Numbered from the stretch's first letter, positions 1-10,906 are shown. The stretch is DNA of 64,000 bases from a candidate division FCPU426 bacterium (GCA_963719085.1 CAVRAL010000001.1:116373-180372); one strand, 5' to 3'. Numbers and translations: made by a program. The notes: generated by a model from the letters alone, not told the origin.

Positions 1-2
1 AG

Positions 3-593
3 GAGAGCGGCAAAGCGACCCATGTGACGGTTTTAGAGATGGGCCCCTGCGTGGTGATTCAAAAAAAGACTTTGGAGAACGACGGTTATCAATCCATTCA
101 ACTGGGTTACGCCGAACGTAAAGAAAAACACACGACCAAGGCCCAACAAGGCCATTTTAAAAAAGCCGGAGCCACTCCCAAGCGCGTTTTGAAAGAGTTT
201 CGGGTGGAAGACGCCAACGCGTTCCAAGTGGGACAAACTTTAACTGTTGAGAATTTCAAGGATGTCGCGTGGGTCGATGTGACCGGCGTCACCAAGGGCA
301 AGGGCTTCCAGGGTGTGGTTCGCCGCCATGGCTTTTCCGGCGGACGCAACTCCCATGGAAGCATGTTTCACCGCGCTCCCGGCGGTATCGGCGCCTCGTC
401 CGATCCGTCGCGCGTTTTCCCGGGGACCCGCATGCCGGGCCATATGGGGACTGATAAGAACACGATTTTAAACCTTCGCGTTGTGAAGGTGGATTCGGAA
501 AACAACCTGTTGTTCGTGAAGGGCGCCGTGCCCGGAGCCGATGGACAAATTATCACTGTCCGGCCGAGCGTGAAAAAGAAAGCCAAAAAGTAA
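3..593 (+). CDS. rplC: 50S ribosomal protein L3 (5'-truncated by window edge)
   Basis: VDVTGVTKGKGFQGVVRRHGF and SHGSMFHRAPGGIG motifs; frame open to window start. Confidence 0.98.
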   Translation, partial: ESGKATHVTVLEMGPCVVIQKKTLENDGYQSIQLGYAERKEKHTTKAQQGHFKKAGATPKRVLKEFRVEDANAFQVGQTLTVENFKDVAWVDVTGVTKGKGFQGVVRRHGFSGGRNSHGSMFHRAPGGIGASSDPSRVFPGTRMPGHMGTDKNTILNLRVVKVDSENNLLFVKGAVPGADGQIITVRPSVKKKAKK

Positions 594-605
594 AGGGTGA
601 CTAAA

Positions 606-1265
606 ATGCCGAAAGCAAACGTATACAATTCAACGGGTAAAGAGACCGGAACGATTGATCTGCCGGAAAACGTCTTCGGATTGAAGCCCCGGACCCATCA
701 TATTTGGCGGGGTGTGACGACTTATCTTTCCAACCAACGGTTGGGAACGGTCAATACCAAGACCAAAGGCGATGTTTCGGGCGGTGGTAAGAAGCCCTTT
801 AAACAAAAGGGAACCGGCAGCGCCCGTCAGGGTTCCAGCCGCGCGGTTCAGTATGTGGGTGGCGGTATCGCCCACGGTCCCAAGCCTCGGGATTACTCCT
901 TGGAATTACCCAAAAAGATGCGCCGCCAAGCTTTGGCCGAGTCCTTGTCTCAAAAGGCCTTGGAAGGCAAGGTCATGGTTATTGATGACATCCGGTTTGA
1001 CGCTCCCAAGACCAAAAGCGCCACCACCCTTTTGAAGGGTTTGGGCGTGGATGCCAAGAAGTGCTTGGTGGTTTTAAACGACTCCAACGCCGTGGTTTTG
1101 AAAAGCTTCCGCAACCTTCGCGGGGTGAAGGTTTTGTCCCGCGAGAACTTGAACATCTTCGAAGTCGTGAACCACGAAGTGGTGGTCTTGACCAAGGAAG
1201 CTCTCGAAAAAATCGGGATCATGAAGAAAGAAACTTCCGCTTCCGTTCAGGAGAAGAGCAAATGA
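606..1265 (+). CDS. rplD: 50S ribosomal protein L4
   Basis: VSGGGKKPFKQKGTGSARQGS motif; start ATG 606 (alternative GTG 597). Confidence 0.98.
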   Translation: MPKANVYNSTGKETGTIDLPENVFGLKPRTHHIWRGVTTYLSNQRLGTVNTKTKGDVSGGGKKPFKQKGTGSARQGSSRAVQYVGGGIAHGPKPRDYSLELPKKMRRQALAESLSQKALEGKVMVIDDIRFDAPKTKSATTLLKGLGVDAKKCLVVLNDSNAVVLKSFRNLRGVKVLSRENLNIFEVVNHEVVVLTKEALEKIGIMKKETSASVQEKSK

Positions 1266-1558
1266 AAAAAATACAAGACGTCATTGTCCGGCCACTGATC
1301 ACCGAGCGCAGCACCCGGTTGAAGGAACAAGGCAAGTATTCCTTTGAGGTTCACCCGAACGCCACCAAGCAAGAGATTCGTCAAGCGGTGGAGACGGTTT
1401 TCAAGAAGGAAAAAGTTGAAGTGGTGAAGGTCAACACGATTAATGTCCCGGGCAAGATCCGCCGGGTGGGTCGGAATGTTTCCAACGCCTATCGCTGGAA
1501 AAAGGCGATTGTGACCGTGAAGCCTGGTCAAAAAATTGAATTCTTTGAAGGGGCCTGA
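1262..1558 (+). CDS. rplW: 50S ribosomal protein L23
   Basis: [25 protein letters not shown]; ATGA overlap with rplD stop sets the start at 1262. Confidence 0.97.
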   Translation: MKKIQDVIVRPLITERSTRLKEQGKYSFEVHPNATKQEIRQAVETVFKKEKVEVVKVNTINVPGKIRRVGRNVSNAYRWKKAIVTVKPGQKIEFFEGA

Positions 1559-1560
1559 TT

Positions 1561-2394
1561 ATGCCAATTAAAAATTACAAACCCACGTCGCCGGGTCGCC
1601 GGGCCATGACCGCGATCACCGGGGAAAATTTGACCAAGAAGGCCCCGGAAAAGTCTTTGATGGAGCCCTTGAAGGGTTCGGGCGGACGCAATATGTACGG
1701 CCGCATCACCAGCCGTCACCGGGGCGCGGGGCATAAACGCCAATACCGCATCATCGATTTCACCCGTAACAAAAGGGCGATGCAGGGCACGGTCGTTTCC
1801 TTGGAATATGACCCCAACCGCTCTTGCCGGATCGCCCTTGTCCAATATTTGGACGGCGAAAAGAAATACATTTTGGCGCCTGAAGGGCTGCAAGTGGGCA
1901 ATCAGGTTATTTCGGGCGAAGGGGCCGACGTGAAACCGGGCCACGCGATGAAATTAAAAGACATTCCCTTTGGTTCCATGATTCATAACATTGAGCTTCG
2001 GCCGGGCAAGGGCGGTCAAATGGTTCGCTCCGCCGGCTCGGTGGCCCAGCTCATGGCGCGCGAAGGGGAGTACGCGACGATTAAGCTTCCTTCCGGCGAG
2101 ATGCGCAAGGTTCACATTGAGTGCACCGCTTCCATCGGACAGGTCGGCAATTTGGATCACTTCAACGTGAGCATCGGTAAAGCCGGGCGCATGCGTTGGA
2201 TGGGAGAACGTCCCCAGTCCCGCGGCGTGGTGACGCGGCCGGGCGACGGACATCCGATGGGTGGTGGTGAAGGCAAGAGCTCGGGCGGACGTCATCCGAC
2301 GACGCCTTGGGGTAAGCCGACTAAGGGTTACAAGACCCGCCAGAACAAGCTGACGGATAAATACATCGTTAAACGCCGCAAAACCGGTAAATAG
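1561..2394 (+). CDS. rplB: 50S ribosomal protein L2
   Basis: [38 protein letters not shown]. Confidence 0.99.
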   Translation: MPIKNYKPTSPGRRAMTAITGENLTKKAPEKSLMEPLKGSGGRNMYGRITSRHRGAGHKRQYRIIDFTRNKRAMQGTVVSLEYDPNRSCRIALVQYLDGEKKYILAPEGLQVGNQVISGEGADVKPGHAMKLKDIPFGSMIHNIELRPGKGGQMVRSAGSVAQLMAREGEYATIKLPSGEMRKVHIECTASIGQVGNLDHFNVSIGKAGRMRWMGERPQSRGVVTRPGDGHPMGGGEGKSSGGRHPTTPWGKPTKGYKTRQNKLTDKYIVKRRKTGK

Positions 2395-2408
2395 GAAAGG
2401 GATTTTAA

Positions 2409-2696
2409 ATGGGACGATCGCTAAAAAAAGGCCCCTATGTGGTTGAGAAGCTTTTGAAGCTGGTTCAAAAAATGAACCGGGCCAATGACAAAAAAGTCGT
2501 CAAGACCTATGCCAGACGCTCCTCGGTTCATCCCGAAATGGTGGGACATACTTTCGCCATCCATAACGGAAAAAAGTTTATCCCGGTTTTCATCACTGAA
2601 AACATGGTGGGCCACAAGCTGGGGGAATTTTCCCCGACGCGTACTTTTAAAGCGCATGGCGCGGTGAAAACCGAAAAATCCATGCAGCTCAAGTAA
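2409..2696 (+). CDS. rpsS: 30S ribosomal protein S19
   Basis: [25 protein letters not shown]. Confidence 0.99.
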   Translation: MGRSLKKGPYVVEKLLKLVQKMNRANDKKVVKTYARRSSVHPEMVGHTFAIHNGKKFIPVFITENMVGHKLGEFSPTRTFKAHGAVKTEKSMQLK

Positions 2697-2710
2697 GGAA
2701 GGTTGATTTT

Positions 2711-3061
2711 ATGGAAGCACAGGCCATTTCTCGATTCACGCGATTGACTCCCCGGAAAGCCCGCCAAGTGGTGGAACTGATCCGCAAGAAGCCGGTCGCC
2801 GAAGCGCTTAACATTTTGGCTTTTACCAAGAAGAAGGCCGCGGGCGAAATCGCAAAGATTATCAAGGCGGCCGTGTCGAACGCCGGACAGAATTCCCGCG
2901 TGGACGTGGACAAGCTTCGGATCAAAAACGTCCAAGTGGATGGCGGTCCCATGCTTCAAAACGCGAAACGCTTTATCCCGCGGGCCATGGGACGGGCCAG
3001 CGCTATTCACCGCCGGACCAGCCACATTAAAGTGGTTGTGACCGACGAATCTAAAGCATAA
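2711..3061 (+). CDS. rplV: 50S ribosomal protein L22
   Basis: TPRKARQVVELIR, PRAMGRAS..RTSHI. Confidence 0.98.
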   Translation: MEAQAISRFTRLTPRKARQVVELIRKKPVAEALNILAFTKKKAAGEIAKIIKAAVSNAGQNSRVDVDKLRIKNVQVDGGPMLQNAKRFIPRAMGRASAIHRRTSHIKVVVTDESKA

Positions 3062-3079
3062 ATTTTTCGGAGGCTTCTT

Positions 3080-3814
3080 TTGGGACAGAAAATTAATCCA
3101 ATTGGATTCAGATTAGGCATCATTCGGGACTGGGACTCGCTGTGGTTCTCGGCGAAGAAAAAGATCTACACTGAAACCTTGTTGGAAGACATTCAGCTTC
3201 GCAAGTTCGTGAAAATGCACTTGAAACACGCCGGCGTGGCCCGCGTGGTTTTGAAGCGCAAAGGCGAGACGGTGGAAGTGGATATTTTCGCCTCCCGGCC
3301 CGGCATCGTGATCGGCAAAAAAGGCTCCGAAGTCGACAAACTCAAGGCGGAGCTCCAAAAGTTCACTAAGAAAGAAATTCGCATCAACATCAACGAGGAG
3401 AAGCACCCTGAAACAAACGCCCAATTGATCGCCGAAAGCGTGGCGAGCCAGTTGGAAAAACGCATCGCTTTCCGCCGGGCCATGAAAAAGTCGATTCAAA
3501 GCGCTTTGGATGGCGGAGCGAAGGGAATCAAGATCATGTGTTCCGGCCGTTTGGCCGGTTCTGAAATCGCACGGTCCGAATGGTATCGCGAAGGCCGGGT
3601 GCCGCTCCATACCTTGCGGGCCGATATTGATTACGGCTTGGCCGTTTCCAACACGACCTATGGAACCATCGGCGTGAAGTGCTGGGTCTTTAAGCGCGAG
3701 ATTTTTGAAGCCAAAGAAAAGCCTGAAGAAGTGAACGCCGCTAAAACAAAGCCTTCGAATCGCGAGCGTAACGAGCGTAAATCGACCGAATCCGGCGCGC
3801 CGGCCTCGGCTTAG
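3080..3814 (+). CDS. rpsC: 30S ribosomal protein S3
   Basis: TTG start; MGQKINPIGFRLG, GRVPLHTLRADIDY. Confidence 0.99.
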   Translation: MGQKINPIGFRLGIIRDWDSLWFSAKKKIYTETLLEDIQLRKFVKMHLKHAGVARVVLKRKGETVEVDIFASRPGIVIGKKGSEVDKLKAELQKFTKKEIRININEEKHPETNAQLIAESVASQLEKRIAFRRAMKKSIQSALDGGAKGIKIMCSGRLAGSEIARSEWYREGRVPLHTLRADIDYGLAVSNTTYGTIGVKCWVFKREIFEAKEKPEEVNAAKTKPSNRERNERKSTESGAPASA

Positions 3815-3839
3815 CCTCGTAACCATAAAGGACTAGACC

Positions 3840-4265
3840 ATGTTAATGCCGAAACGAGTGAAATACCGAAAGATGCAAAAAGGCCGGATGCGCGGAAAAT
3901 CCAAAAATGGGTTTACCTTCGCTTTCGGGGAATTCGCCTTGAAGTCGGAAGACGCGGCTTATGTCACCGACCGTCAAATTGAGGCGGCCCGTGTGGCGAT
4001 TAACCGTCATATGAAGCGCGTGGGAAAACTTTGGGTGCGTATTTTCCCGGATCGTCCGGTCACCAAAAAGCCGGCGGAAGTTCGTATGGGTGGCGGTAAG
4101 GGCGCCCTGGATCATTGGGCCGCCGTTGTGAAGCCGGGTCGTATCTTGTTTGAAGTTTCCGGAGCGCCGGAAAATGTTGTGCGGGAAGCGTTTCAATTAG
4201 CCTCGCATAAGCTCCCGGTGAAGACCAAGTGTTTATCCCGAGCCGATGTGGGAGGTATGTCATGA
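3840..4265 (+). CDS. rplP: 50S ribosomal protein L16
   Basis: [23 protein letters not shown]. Confidence 0.99.
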   Translation: MLMPKRVKYRKMQKGRMRGKSKNGFTFAFGEFALKSEDAAYVTDRQIEAARVAINRHMKRVGKLWVRIFPDRPVTKKPAEVRMGGGKGALDHWAAVVKPGRILFEVSGAPENVVREAFQLASHKLPVKTKCLSRADVGGMS

Positions 4266-4462
4266 AATCCAAGGAAGTTCGCGAGTTTAATATTGATCAA
4301 TTGAAACAACAGCTTATTTCGAAAGAAGAAGAGTTGTTCAATTTGAAGATCCAGCTTTCGACGAAACAACTGGAAAACCCGATGAAGATCCGGGAAGCCC
4401 GCCGCCATGTGGCGCGGTTGAAGACGATTCTTCGTGAAAAAGAAAAAGGTACAAAAGCATAG
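4262..4462 (+). CDS. rpmC: 50S ribosomal protein L29
   Basis: [23 protein letters not shown]; ATGA overlap with rplP. Confidence 0.96.
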   Translation: MKSKEVREFNIDQLKQQLISKEEELFNLKIQLSTKQLENPMKIREARRHVARLKTILREKEKGTKA

Positions 4463-4592
4463 CATGGCGCTAAAAAATTTTTTTCATCGCCATGCTGACA
4501 GGCAGGGGTTTAAACGAGCCGCCGAAAACTTGGTTTCTTTTGATTGCGGCTCGTTCGTAAATAGGAAAAAGTCGTCAAAAACCGACTTTTTC
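4460..4592. repeat. three consecutive inverted repeats in the rpmC-rpsQ spacer
   Basis: AGCATGGCG/CGCCATGCT (4461-4496), AACGAGCCGC/GCGGCTCGTT (4513-4555), GAAAAAGTCG/CGACTTTTTC (4565-4592). Confidence 0.8.
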
Positions 4593-4614
4593 ACCATCTG
4601 TTAAGGAGCGTTTG

Positions 4615-4908
4615 ATGTCAGCTGAAACAAATACGAATCGAAAAGAACCCCGGACCAAAACCGCGGTTGTGGTTAGCCGCAAAATGGATAAGACGGCGGT
4701 GGTGTCCATCGAACGTTTGGTCAAGCACCCGCTTTACCAAAAACTGGTGCGCAAGCGCAGCAAGTTTAAGATCCACGACCCTAAGAATGAGACCCAGGCG
4801 GGGGATGTGGTTTTGATCGCGGAGACCCGGCCCATCAGCGCGGATAAGCATTGGAAGCTGGTGAAGATCTTGCGTAAAGCCGTTCAGGTTGAGGAGGCTA
4901 AATTATGA
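4615..4908 (+). CDS. rpsQ: 30S ribosomal protein S17
   Basis: [28 protein letters not shown]; SD AAGGAG upstream. Confidence 0.98.
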   Translation: MSAETNTNRKEPRTKTAVVVSRKMDKTAVVSIERLVKHPLYQKLVRKRSKFKIHDPKNETQAGDVVLIAETRPISADKHWKLVKILRKAVQVEEAKL

Positions 4909-5273
4909 TCATGCCTCAAACCATGCTCAATGTGGCCGATAACAGCGGGGCCACGAGAATTATGTGTATCCATGTGCTGGGCGGAACCCGGCGCCGTTAC
5001 GCCGCTATCGGTGACGTGATTGTGGCGGCCGTGAAGGAAGCGATCCCGGGAGCGGGTGTGAAAAAGAGTGAAGTCGTGAAGGCGGTGGTGGTTCGTCAAC
5101 GCCGCGTTTTGGTCCGCCCGGACGGGTCCAGCATCCGTTTTGACGAAAACGCCGCGGTCATCATTAATGAGCAGATGGCTCCTCGCGGAACGCGCATCTT
5201 TGGACCGGTGACCCGTGAATTGCGTGATAAGAATTTTATGAAAATCATTTCGCTGGCGCCGGAGGTTTTGTAG
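4905..5273 (+). CDS. rplN: 50S ribosomal protein L14
   Basis: [32 protein letters not shown]. Confidence 0.99.
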   Translation: MIMPQTMLNVADNSGATRIMCIHVLGGTRRRYAAIGDVIVAAVKEAIPGAGVKKSEVVKAVVVRQRRVLVRPDGSSIRFDENAAVIINEQMAPRGTRIFGPVTRELRDKNFMKIISLAPEVL

Positions 5274-5275
5274 AC

Positions 5276-5596
5276 ATGAAAGTTCATCGCGAAGACACAG
5301 TGATGGTTTTGACGGGCAAAGACAAAGGCAAAAAGGGGCGCGTGATCCGCGTTTTCCCGCAGCAAGAAAAAGTCTTGGTCGAGAAGGTCAATATGGCCAA
5401 ACGCCATACCCGGCCGACCCAGCAGTTGCCGCAGGGGGGCATTATCGAGAAGGAAATGCCGCTTCATGTTTCCAATGTTCAGTTGATTTGCCCGAAGTGT
5501 GGAAAGTCGACCCGGGTGGCCCATAAGATTCTGGCCAGCGGCCAAAAAAATCGCGCTTGTAAAAAGTGCGGCGAAATTATGGATAAGGAAAAATAA
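5276..5596 (+). CDS. rplX: 50S ribosomal protein L24
   Basis: KOW motif [10 protein letters not shown]; CPKC and CKKC near the C-terminus. Confidence 0.98.
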   Translation: MKVHREDTVMVLTGKDKGKKGRVIRVFPQQEKVLVEKVNMAKRHTRPTQQLPQGGIIEKEMPLHVSNVQLICPKCGKSTRVAHKILASGQKNRACKKCGEIMDKEK

Positions 5597-5597
5597 G

Positions 5598-6152
5598 ATG
5601 CCGACGAAGACGATTCTTAAAGAAAAGTATGTCAGCGAAATTGTTCCGGCTTTGATGAAAAAGTTCGAAATCAAGAACGCCATGCGCGTTCCTAAAGTCG
5701 AAAAAGTGGTTTTGAACGTTTGCGTGGGAAAAGCCGCCTCGGAAAACAACATTAAGCTTTTGGATATGGCCGCCGCGGAACTGGGCATGATCACGGGTCA
5801 AAAGCCGGCGATCACCCGCTCGAAGAAGGCGATCTCTAACTTCAAGCTTCGGGCCGACCAGCCTTTGGGCTGTAAGGTGACGCTTCGCGGGGACCGGATG
5901 TACCAGTTTCTGGAGCGCTTTTTTATGGTGGCGCTTCCCCGGATTCGGGACTTTCGTGGCGTCCCGACCCGTTCCTTTGATGGTCGCGGCAATTACACTC
6001 TGGGATTAAAAGAACAGATCATTTTCCCGGAAATTAATTTTGAGGACGTCCAATCCATTCATGGCATGGATATCACTTTCACGACGACGGCGAAGACGGA
6101 CGAGGAAGCCAAGGAGCTTTTGAAGTTGTTGGGAATGCCTTTTAGAAACTAG
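5598..6152 (+). CDS. rplE: 50S ribosomal protein L5
   Basis: [27 protein letters not shown]; start moved to ATG 5598. Confidence 0.99.
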   Translation: MPTKTILKEKYVSEIVPALMKKFEIKNAMRVPKVEKVVLNVCVGKAASENNIKLLDMAAAELGMITGQKPAITRSKKAISNFKLRADQPLGCKVTLRGDRMYQFLERFFMVALPRIRDFRGVPTRSFDGRGNYTLGLKEQIIFPEINFEDVQSIHGMDITFTTTAKTDEEAKELLKLLGMPFRN

Positions 6153-6160
6153 GAGATTTC

Positions 6161-6346
6161 ATGGCGAAAAAAAGTTTGGTGAATAAGCAAAAAAAGACCC
6201 CGAAGTTTAAGGTTCGGGCCTATAGCCGCTGCCGGCTGTGCGGCCGTCCGAGGGCTTTTTTGAGGCGGTTTGGTATGTGCCGTATTTGTTTTAGAAACCT
6301 GGCGGGCGAGGGGAAAATCCCCGGCGTCGTCAAGGCCAGCTGGTAA
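6161..6346 (+). CDS. rpsN: 30S ribosomal protein S14, short Zn-binding (type Z) form
   Basis: 61 aa; CRLCGR..CRICFR; GVVKASW. Confidence 0.98.
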   Translation: MAKKSLVNKQKKTPKFKVRAYSRCRLCGRPRAFLRRFGMCRICFRNLAGEGKIPGVVKASW

Positions 6347-6359
6347 AGGGAGAATTTTT

Positions 6360-6761
6360 ATGTCTATGACCGATCCCATCGCGGATATGTTGACGCGGAT
6401 TCGCAACGCGAATCACGTCTATAAGGAAAAAGTGGACGTTCCTTTTTCCAAGTTGAAATTGGAAATCGCCCGGATCCTTTCGGAAGAAGGATTCATTAAG
6501 AACTACAAAGTGGTTGAGGATAAAACCAAGCCTTCCGCCATCCGCATTTCGATGAAATACGGGGAAAAGCGGGAGCGGGTGATCACCCATATCGGCCGCG
6601 TGAGTCGTTCGGGCCGCCGGGTTTATCGGGGCAAAGCCAGCATTCCCCGGGTCATTGGGGGATTGGGCGTGGCGATCTTGTCGACGTCCAAGGGCGTCTT
6701 GACCGATCAGCAGGCCCGTCAGCAAGGTGTGGGCGGCGAGGTTCTTTGTTTAATTCATTGA
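6360..6761 (+). CDS. rpsH: 30S ribosomal protein S8
   Basis: [27 protein letters not shown]. Confidence 0.99.
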   Translation: MSMTDPIADMLTRIRNANHVYKEKVDVPFSKLKLEIARILSEEGFIKNYKVVEDKTKPSAIRISMKYGEKRERVITHIGRVSRSGRRVYRGKASIPRVIGGLGVAILSTSKGVLTDQQARQQGVGGEVLCLIH

Positions 6762-6793
6762 TTTTGTTTATTAATTAAGTTGAGGGAGAAGTT

Positions 6794-7351
6794 ATGGCGC
6801 GCATTGCCAAAAAACCAATCGAACTACCGACCGGCGTTAAGGTGAAAACCGAAGGCCAAAAGGTCATGGTGGAAGGCCCTAAAGGCACTCTGAACCATGA
6901 AATGGTGGCTGGGATCAAGCTGGAAACCCAAGGGCAGCAGCTTTTGGTGTCGATCACCGGAAATGAGAAAAGCCTGAATTCGTTTCACGGATTGACCCGG
7001 GCTTTGATTAAAAATATGGTCCTCGGCGTGACTTCGGGTTTCGAGCGCAAACTGGAAATCCAAGGCGTCGGCTACCGCGCCACCATGGATAAAGGAAAGC
7101 TCAGCATGTCCCTGGGCTTCAGCCATCCGGTCGTGATGGAATTACCCAAGGGTGTCTCGGTGGATATCGAGAAACAAACCCTCTTAACCGTGAAGGGCGT
7201 CGATAAATATTTGGTCGGTGAGACCGCGGCCAAAATTCGCCGCGTGAAACCCCCTGAAGTTTACAAAGGAACGGGCATTCGCTATTTGGGCGAACAGGTC
7301 CGCAAGAAAGTCGGTAAAACCGGCGCCACCGGCAAAGCCGGCGGGAAATAA
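6794..7351 (+). CDS. rplF: 50S ribosomal protein L6
   Basis: GVGYRA, LGFSHPV, PPEVYKGTGIRY. Confidence 0.99.
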   Translation: MARIAKKPIELPTGVKVKTEGQKVMVEGPKGTLNHEMVAGIKLETQGQQLLVSITGNEKSLNSFHGLTRALIKNMVLGVTSGFERKLEIQGVGYRATMDKGKLSMSLGFSHPVVMELPKGVSVDIEKQTLLTVKGVDKYLVGETAAKIRRVKPPEVYKGTGIRYLGEQVRKKVGKTGATGKAGGK

Positions 7352-7360
7352 GGAGCCAAC

Positions 7361-7735
7361 ATGTCCATTCTCATCTCGCAGGTCCGTCGTAAAAAAAGAA
7401 TCAAGCGCCACGCCCGCATCCGAAAAACGGTCAAGGGATCGGCGATCCGTCCGCGTTTGGTGGTCAACCGTGGAGCCAAGAATATCGCGGTTCAATTGAT
7501 TGATGACGTGAAGGGCGCGACCTTGGCGGCGGCCTCCAGCTTTGACCAGACGCTACGCGGCAAGGTCAAGTACGGCGGTAATTTGGACGCGGCGAAGGCC
7601 GTTGGCGAGCAGATCGCCAAATTGGCCAAGGAAAAGGGAATCGAAAAAGCGGTATTTGATCGGGGCGGTTATTCGTTCCATGGAAGAATCAAGGCTTTGG
7701 CGGATGCGGCTCGCCAAGGCGGGCTTCAGTTTTAA
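7361..7735 (+). CDS. rplR: 50S ribosomal protein L18
   Basis: [26 protein letters not shown]. Confidence 0.99.
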   Translation: MSILISQVRRKKRIKRHARIRKTVKGSAIRPRLVVNRGAKNIAVQLIDDVKGATLAAASSFDQTLRGKVKYGGNLDAAKAVGEQIAKLAKEKGIEKAVFDRGGYSFHGRIKALADAARQGGLQF

Positions 7736-7777
7736 AAGCCGGATAAGCACCAGCACCAAAAGGGAAAAAGGATTTTT

Positions 7778-8290
7778 ATGGCCATGATTGACTCGAGCAA
7801 GTTTGATCTGAAAGAAAAAGTGGTAAACATCAACCGCGTCGCCAAAGTGGTGAAGGGCGGACGCCGGTTCAGCTTTTCCGTTTTGGTGGTGGTCGGGGAC
7901 GGACATGGGCATGTGGGCGCCGGCACGGGTAAAGCCAGCGAGGTTCCGGACGCGATCCGCAAGGCCGTTGAGGACGCTAAGAAAAACCTGATCGAGGTTC
8001 CTTTGAAGTCGACCACGCTGTTTCATGAAATCGTGGGCGTGTTTAAAGCTTCCCGCGTGATGCTTCGCCCAGCCGCGCCGGGAACGGGAATCATCGCGGG
8101 CGGAGGCGTGCGGGCGGTTTGTGAGCTGGCCGGCATCCATGACGTTTTGACCAAATCCATCCGTTCGGACAATGTGTTCAACGTGGTGCAGGCGACCTTG
8201 ACGGGCCTCAGGGCTATTCGTTCGCCGGAAACCATCTCCAAGCTTCGGGGCAAATTAGTGGAAAGCTACGTGGGAGCGTCCAAATCATGA
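7778..8290 (+). CDS. rpsE: 30S ribosomal protein S5
   Basis: [25 protein letters not shown]. Confidence 0.99.
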   Translation: MAMIDSSKFDLKEKVVNINRVAKVVKGGRRFSFSVLVVVGDGHGHVGAGTGKASEVPDAIRKAVEDAKKNLIEVPLKSTTLFHEIVGVFKASRVMLRPAAPGTGIIAGGGVRAVCELAGIHDVLTKSIRSDNVFNVVQATLTGLRAIRSPETISKLRGKLVESYVGASKS

Positions 8291-8463
8291 GCGAAATTAA
8301 AATTCAACTGATCAAGAGCTTGAACGGGCGTTTGCCCCGTCATCGCCGGATCGCGGAAGCCTTGGGGCTCAATAAGATCCGCCAGACCGTGGTGAAGCCG
8401 GATACCCCGGTGATCCGCGGCATGGTTGAGAAAATCGGCTATTTAGTCGAAGTTAAAAAATAA
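8287..8463 (+). CDS. rpmD: 50S ribosomal protein L30 (not in ORF track)
   Basis: Manual translation [58 protein letters not shown]; canonical position between rpsE and rplO. Confidence 0.96.
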   Translation: MSEIKIQLIKSLNGRLPRHRRIAEALGLNKIRQTVVKPDTPVIRGMVEKIGYLVEVKK

Positions 8464-8483
8464 AGACATCGAGGACTATGGTT

Positions 8484-8921
8484 ATGAAGATGAATGAATT
8501 AAAACCAGCCCATGGCGCCGTTCGCCGCCGCAAAATCGTCGGAAAAGGCCCGGGCTCGGGACATGGAAAAACCTCTACCCGCGGTCATAAGGGTCAAAAT
8601 TCCCGCACCGGTGGCGGCGTTCGTTTGGGTTTTGAAGGCGGTCAAACACCGCTTTACCGCCGGATTCCGATTCGGGGTTTTAAAAGCCGCAACCTGGAAG
8701 TTCCCTCGGTCGTCAATTTGGATAAATTGTCCTTGTTTGACAACGGAACCGTGGTCACCCCGGTGGAGCTCAAAGCCAAGGGGTTGGTCCGCAATATTCA
8801 TCAAGTCAAAATCTTGGGAAAAGGCGAAATCAAGACCAAATTGACCGTCAAAGCCCACGCGTTCAGCGCCTCGGCCATTGAGAAAATCAAGGCCGCCGGT
8901 GGAATGACGGAGGTTTTGTAA
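8484..8921 (+). CDS. rplO: 50S ribosomal protein L15
   Basis: [30 protein letters not shown]. Confidence 0.99.
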   Translation: MKMNELKPAHGAVRRRKIVGKGPGSGHGKTSTRGHKGQNSRTGGGVRLGFEGGQTPLYRRIPIRGFKSRNLEVPSVVNLDKLSLFDNGTVVTPVELKAKGLVRNIHQVKILGKGEIKTKLTVKAHAFSASAIEKIKAAGGMTEVL

Positions 8922-10250
8922 GTGCTTTCGGCCTTCACCAACATCTTTCGAATCCCGGAACTTAAAAGCCGGGTTCTTTTCACCTTTATGATGCTTTTGG
9001 TTTACCGCGTGGGTTGTCATATCCCCACTCCGGGAGTCAACGCGGCGGCCCTGCAGAATTTCTTTTCTAATCAAAACGGCGGCATTTTGGGCTTCCTGAA
9101 TCTTTTCTCTGGCGGCGCTTTGCGGCAGTTCTCGATTTTCGCGCTGGGGGTCATGCCTTACATCAGCATGTCCATCATTTTGCAGCTGTTGACGGCGGTC
9201 ATCCCGACGCTGGAGAAATTATCCAAAGAAGGCGACGCGGGACGCCGCAAGATTACCCAATACACTCGGTATGGAACGGTTCTTCTTTGTATTGTTCAAG
9301 GAACCGGTTCGACCTATCTTTTGAAATCATTTAATGAAAACATTGTTTACCATTGGGGGTTGTCTTTCCAAATCATCACCGTCCTCACCTTGACCGCGGG
9401 AACCATCTTTATCATGTGGCTCGGGGAACAGATCACCGAGTACGGAATCGGAAACGGGATTTCTATCATCATCTTCGCCGGTATTGTGGCCAGCTTGCCG
9501 GGACAAATATTCAACACCTTTCGGCTTCTGCGTTTGGGCGAGGTGAATCTTTTTGGCGTGGTTTTCTTCGCGCTTTTCACGGTGGCCATGATCGCCTTCA
9601 TTGTCATTCTGCAGCAGGGCGCCCGGAAGATCCCGGTCCAATACGCGACCCGAGTGGTCGGGAAGCAAGTGTTTAAAGGCCAGTCCACCCAACTGCCCTT
9701 GAAGGTCGATTATTCCGGCGTGATCGCGGTGATTTTCTCCTCCTCGATCTTGGTTTTTCCGACTACGCTGGCCCGCTATCTGCAATCGGTGGCCCCCGAA
9801 GACGGATGGTTGTATGGGGTGATGGATTTCGTGACCCGGAACTTTTCACCCGGAGCCTTTATCTATTATGTTTTGTACTCCGCCTTGATCGTTTTCTTTT
9901 GCTACTTTTACACAGCGATCGCCTTTAACCCGACCGACTTGTCGGAAAACATGAAAAAGTACGGTGGGTTCATTCCCGGCATTCGGCCCGGGCAGCCGAC
10001 GGCCGAGTTTATTGATCGCACCTTGACTCGGATCACCATTTGGGGTGCTTTGGCGGTTTGTTGCGTGGCCGTTTTCCCGGATGTGCTGACCCGTCAATTG
10101 AAGATTCCTATTTATTTCGGCGGAACCTCTTTGTTGATCGTGGTGGGCGTGGGATTGGACACGATGAAGCAAATTGAGTCCCATCTATTGATGCGCCACT
10201 ATGACGGATTTATGAAAAAGGGCCGGTTGAAAGGGCGGAGCGCGTTTTAA
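8922..10250 (+). CDS. secY: preprotein translocase subunit SecY
   Basis: SIFALGVMPYI, WLGEQITEYGIGNG, FIPGIRPG, GGTSLLIVVGV. Confidence 0.99.
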   Translation: MLSAFTNIFRIPELKSRVLFTFMMLLVYRVGCHIPTPGVNAAALQNFFSNQNGGILGFLNLFSGGALRQFSIFALGVMPYISMSIILQLLTAVIPTLEKLSKEGDAGRRKITQYTRYGTVLLCIVQGTGSTYLLKSFNENIVYHWGLSFQIITVLTLTAGTIFIMWLGEQITEYGIGNGISIIIFAGIVASLPGQIFNTFRLLRLGEVNLFGVVFFALFTVAMIAFIVILQQGARKIPVQYATRVVGKQVFKGQSTQLPLKVDYSGVIAVIFSSSILVFPTTLARYLQSVAPEDGWLYGVMDFVTRNFSPGAFIYYVLYSALIVFFCYFYTAIAFNPTDLSENMKKYGGFIPGIRPGQPTAEFIDRTLTRITIWGALAVCCVAVFPDVLTRQLKIPIYFGGTSLLIVVGVGLDTMKQIESHLLMRHYDGFMKKGRLKGRSAF

Positions 10251-10906
10251 TGAGAACCATACTTTTAGGAGAACCGGGAGCGGGCAAGGGAACTTATTCG
10301 CTTGAATTGGTCAAACGCTATGGAATCCCCCAGATATCCACGGGCGATATGCTTCGCGCCGCTGTTCGGGCTGGAACCGCTTTGGGGTTAAAAGCCCAAG
10401 AATTCATGAAAAAGGGCGAATTGGTGCCGGATTCGGTCGTGATCGGCCTTATTCGGGAGCGCATTGCCCAGCCGGATGCCGCCAAAGGCTTTATTTTGGA
10501 CGGTTTTCCCCGCACGGTGCCCCAGGCCGTGAGCTTGGATGAAACCTTATCCGAATTGGGCATAAGCCTGTCTTCGGTGTTTAAAATTGAAGTCAGCCGG
10601 GAGACCTTGATCAAACGCCTGACCGGCCGGCGGGTTTGTAAGACTTGCGGAACTACCTATAACATTGATACCATGCGACCCCTTAAAGAGGGGATTTGTG
10701 ACAAGGATGGCGGCGAGCTGATCCAGCGTCCGGATGACATGCCGGCGACCATTGAAAACCGCTTGTCGGTTTACCATAAGGACACAGCGCCCCTCATCGA
10801 GTATTACGAGAAAAAGGGTTTGCTCCGCCGGGCGTCTTGTGAGGGTGAGTATGAGGATGTGATCGCTCGTATTTTCGCGGCTCTGGAAAAGGGTGCGGCC
10901 GTTTAG
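10250..10906 (+). CDS. adk: adenylate kinase with Zn-type lid
   Basis: GEPGAGKGT P-loop, LDGFPRT, CKTC..CDKD. Confidence 0.98.
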   Translation: MRTILLGEPGAGKGTYSLELVKRYGIPQISTGDMLRAAVRAGTALGLKAQEFMKKGELVPDSVVIGLIRERIAQPDAAKGFILDGFPRTVPQAVSLDETLSELGISLSSVFKIEVSRETLIKRLTGRRVCKTCGTTYNIDTMRPLKEGICDKDGGELIQRPDDMPATIENRLSVYHKDTAPLIEYYEKKGLLRRASCEGEYEDVIARIFAALEKGAAV

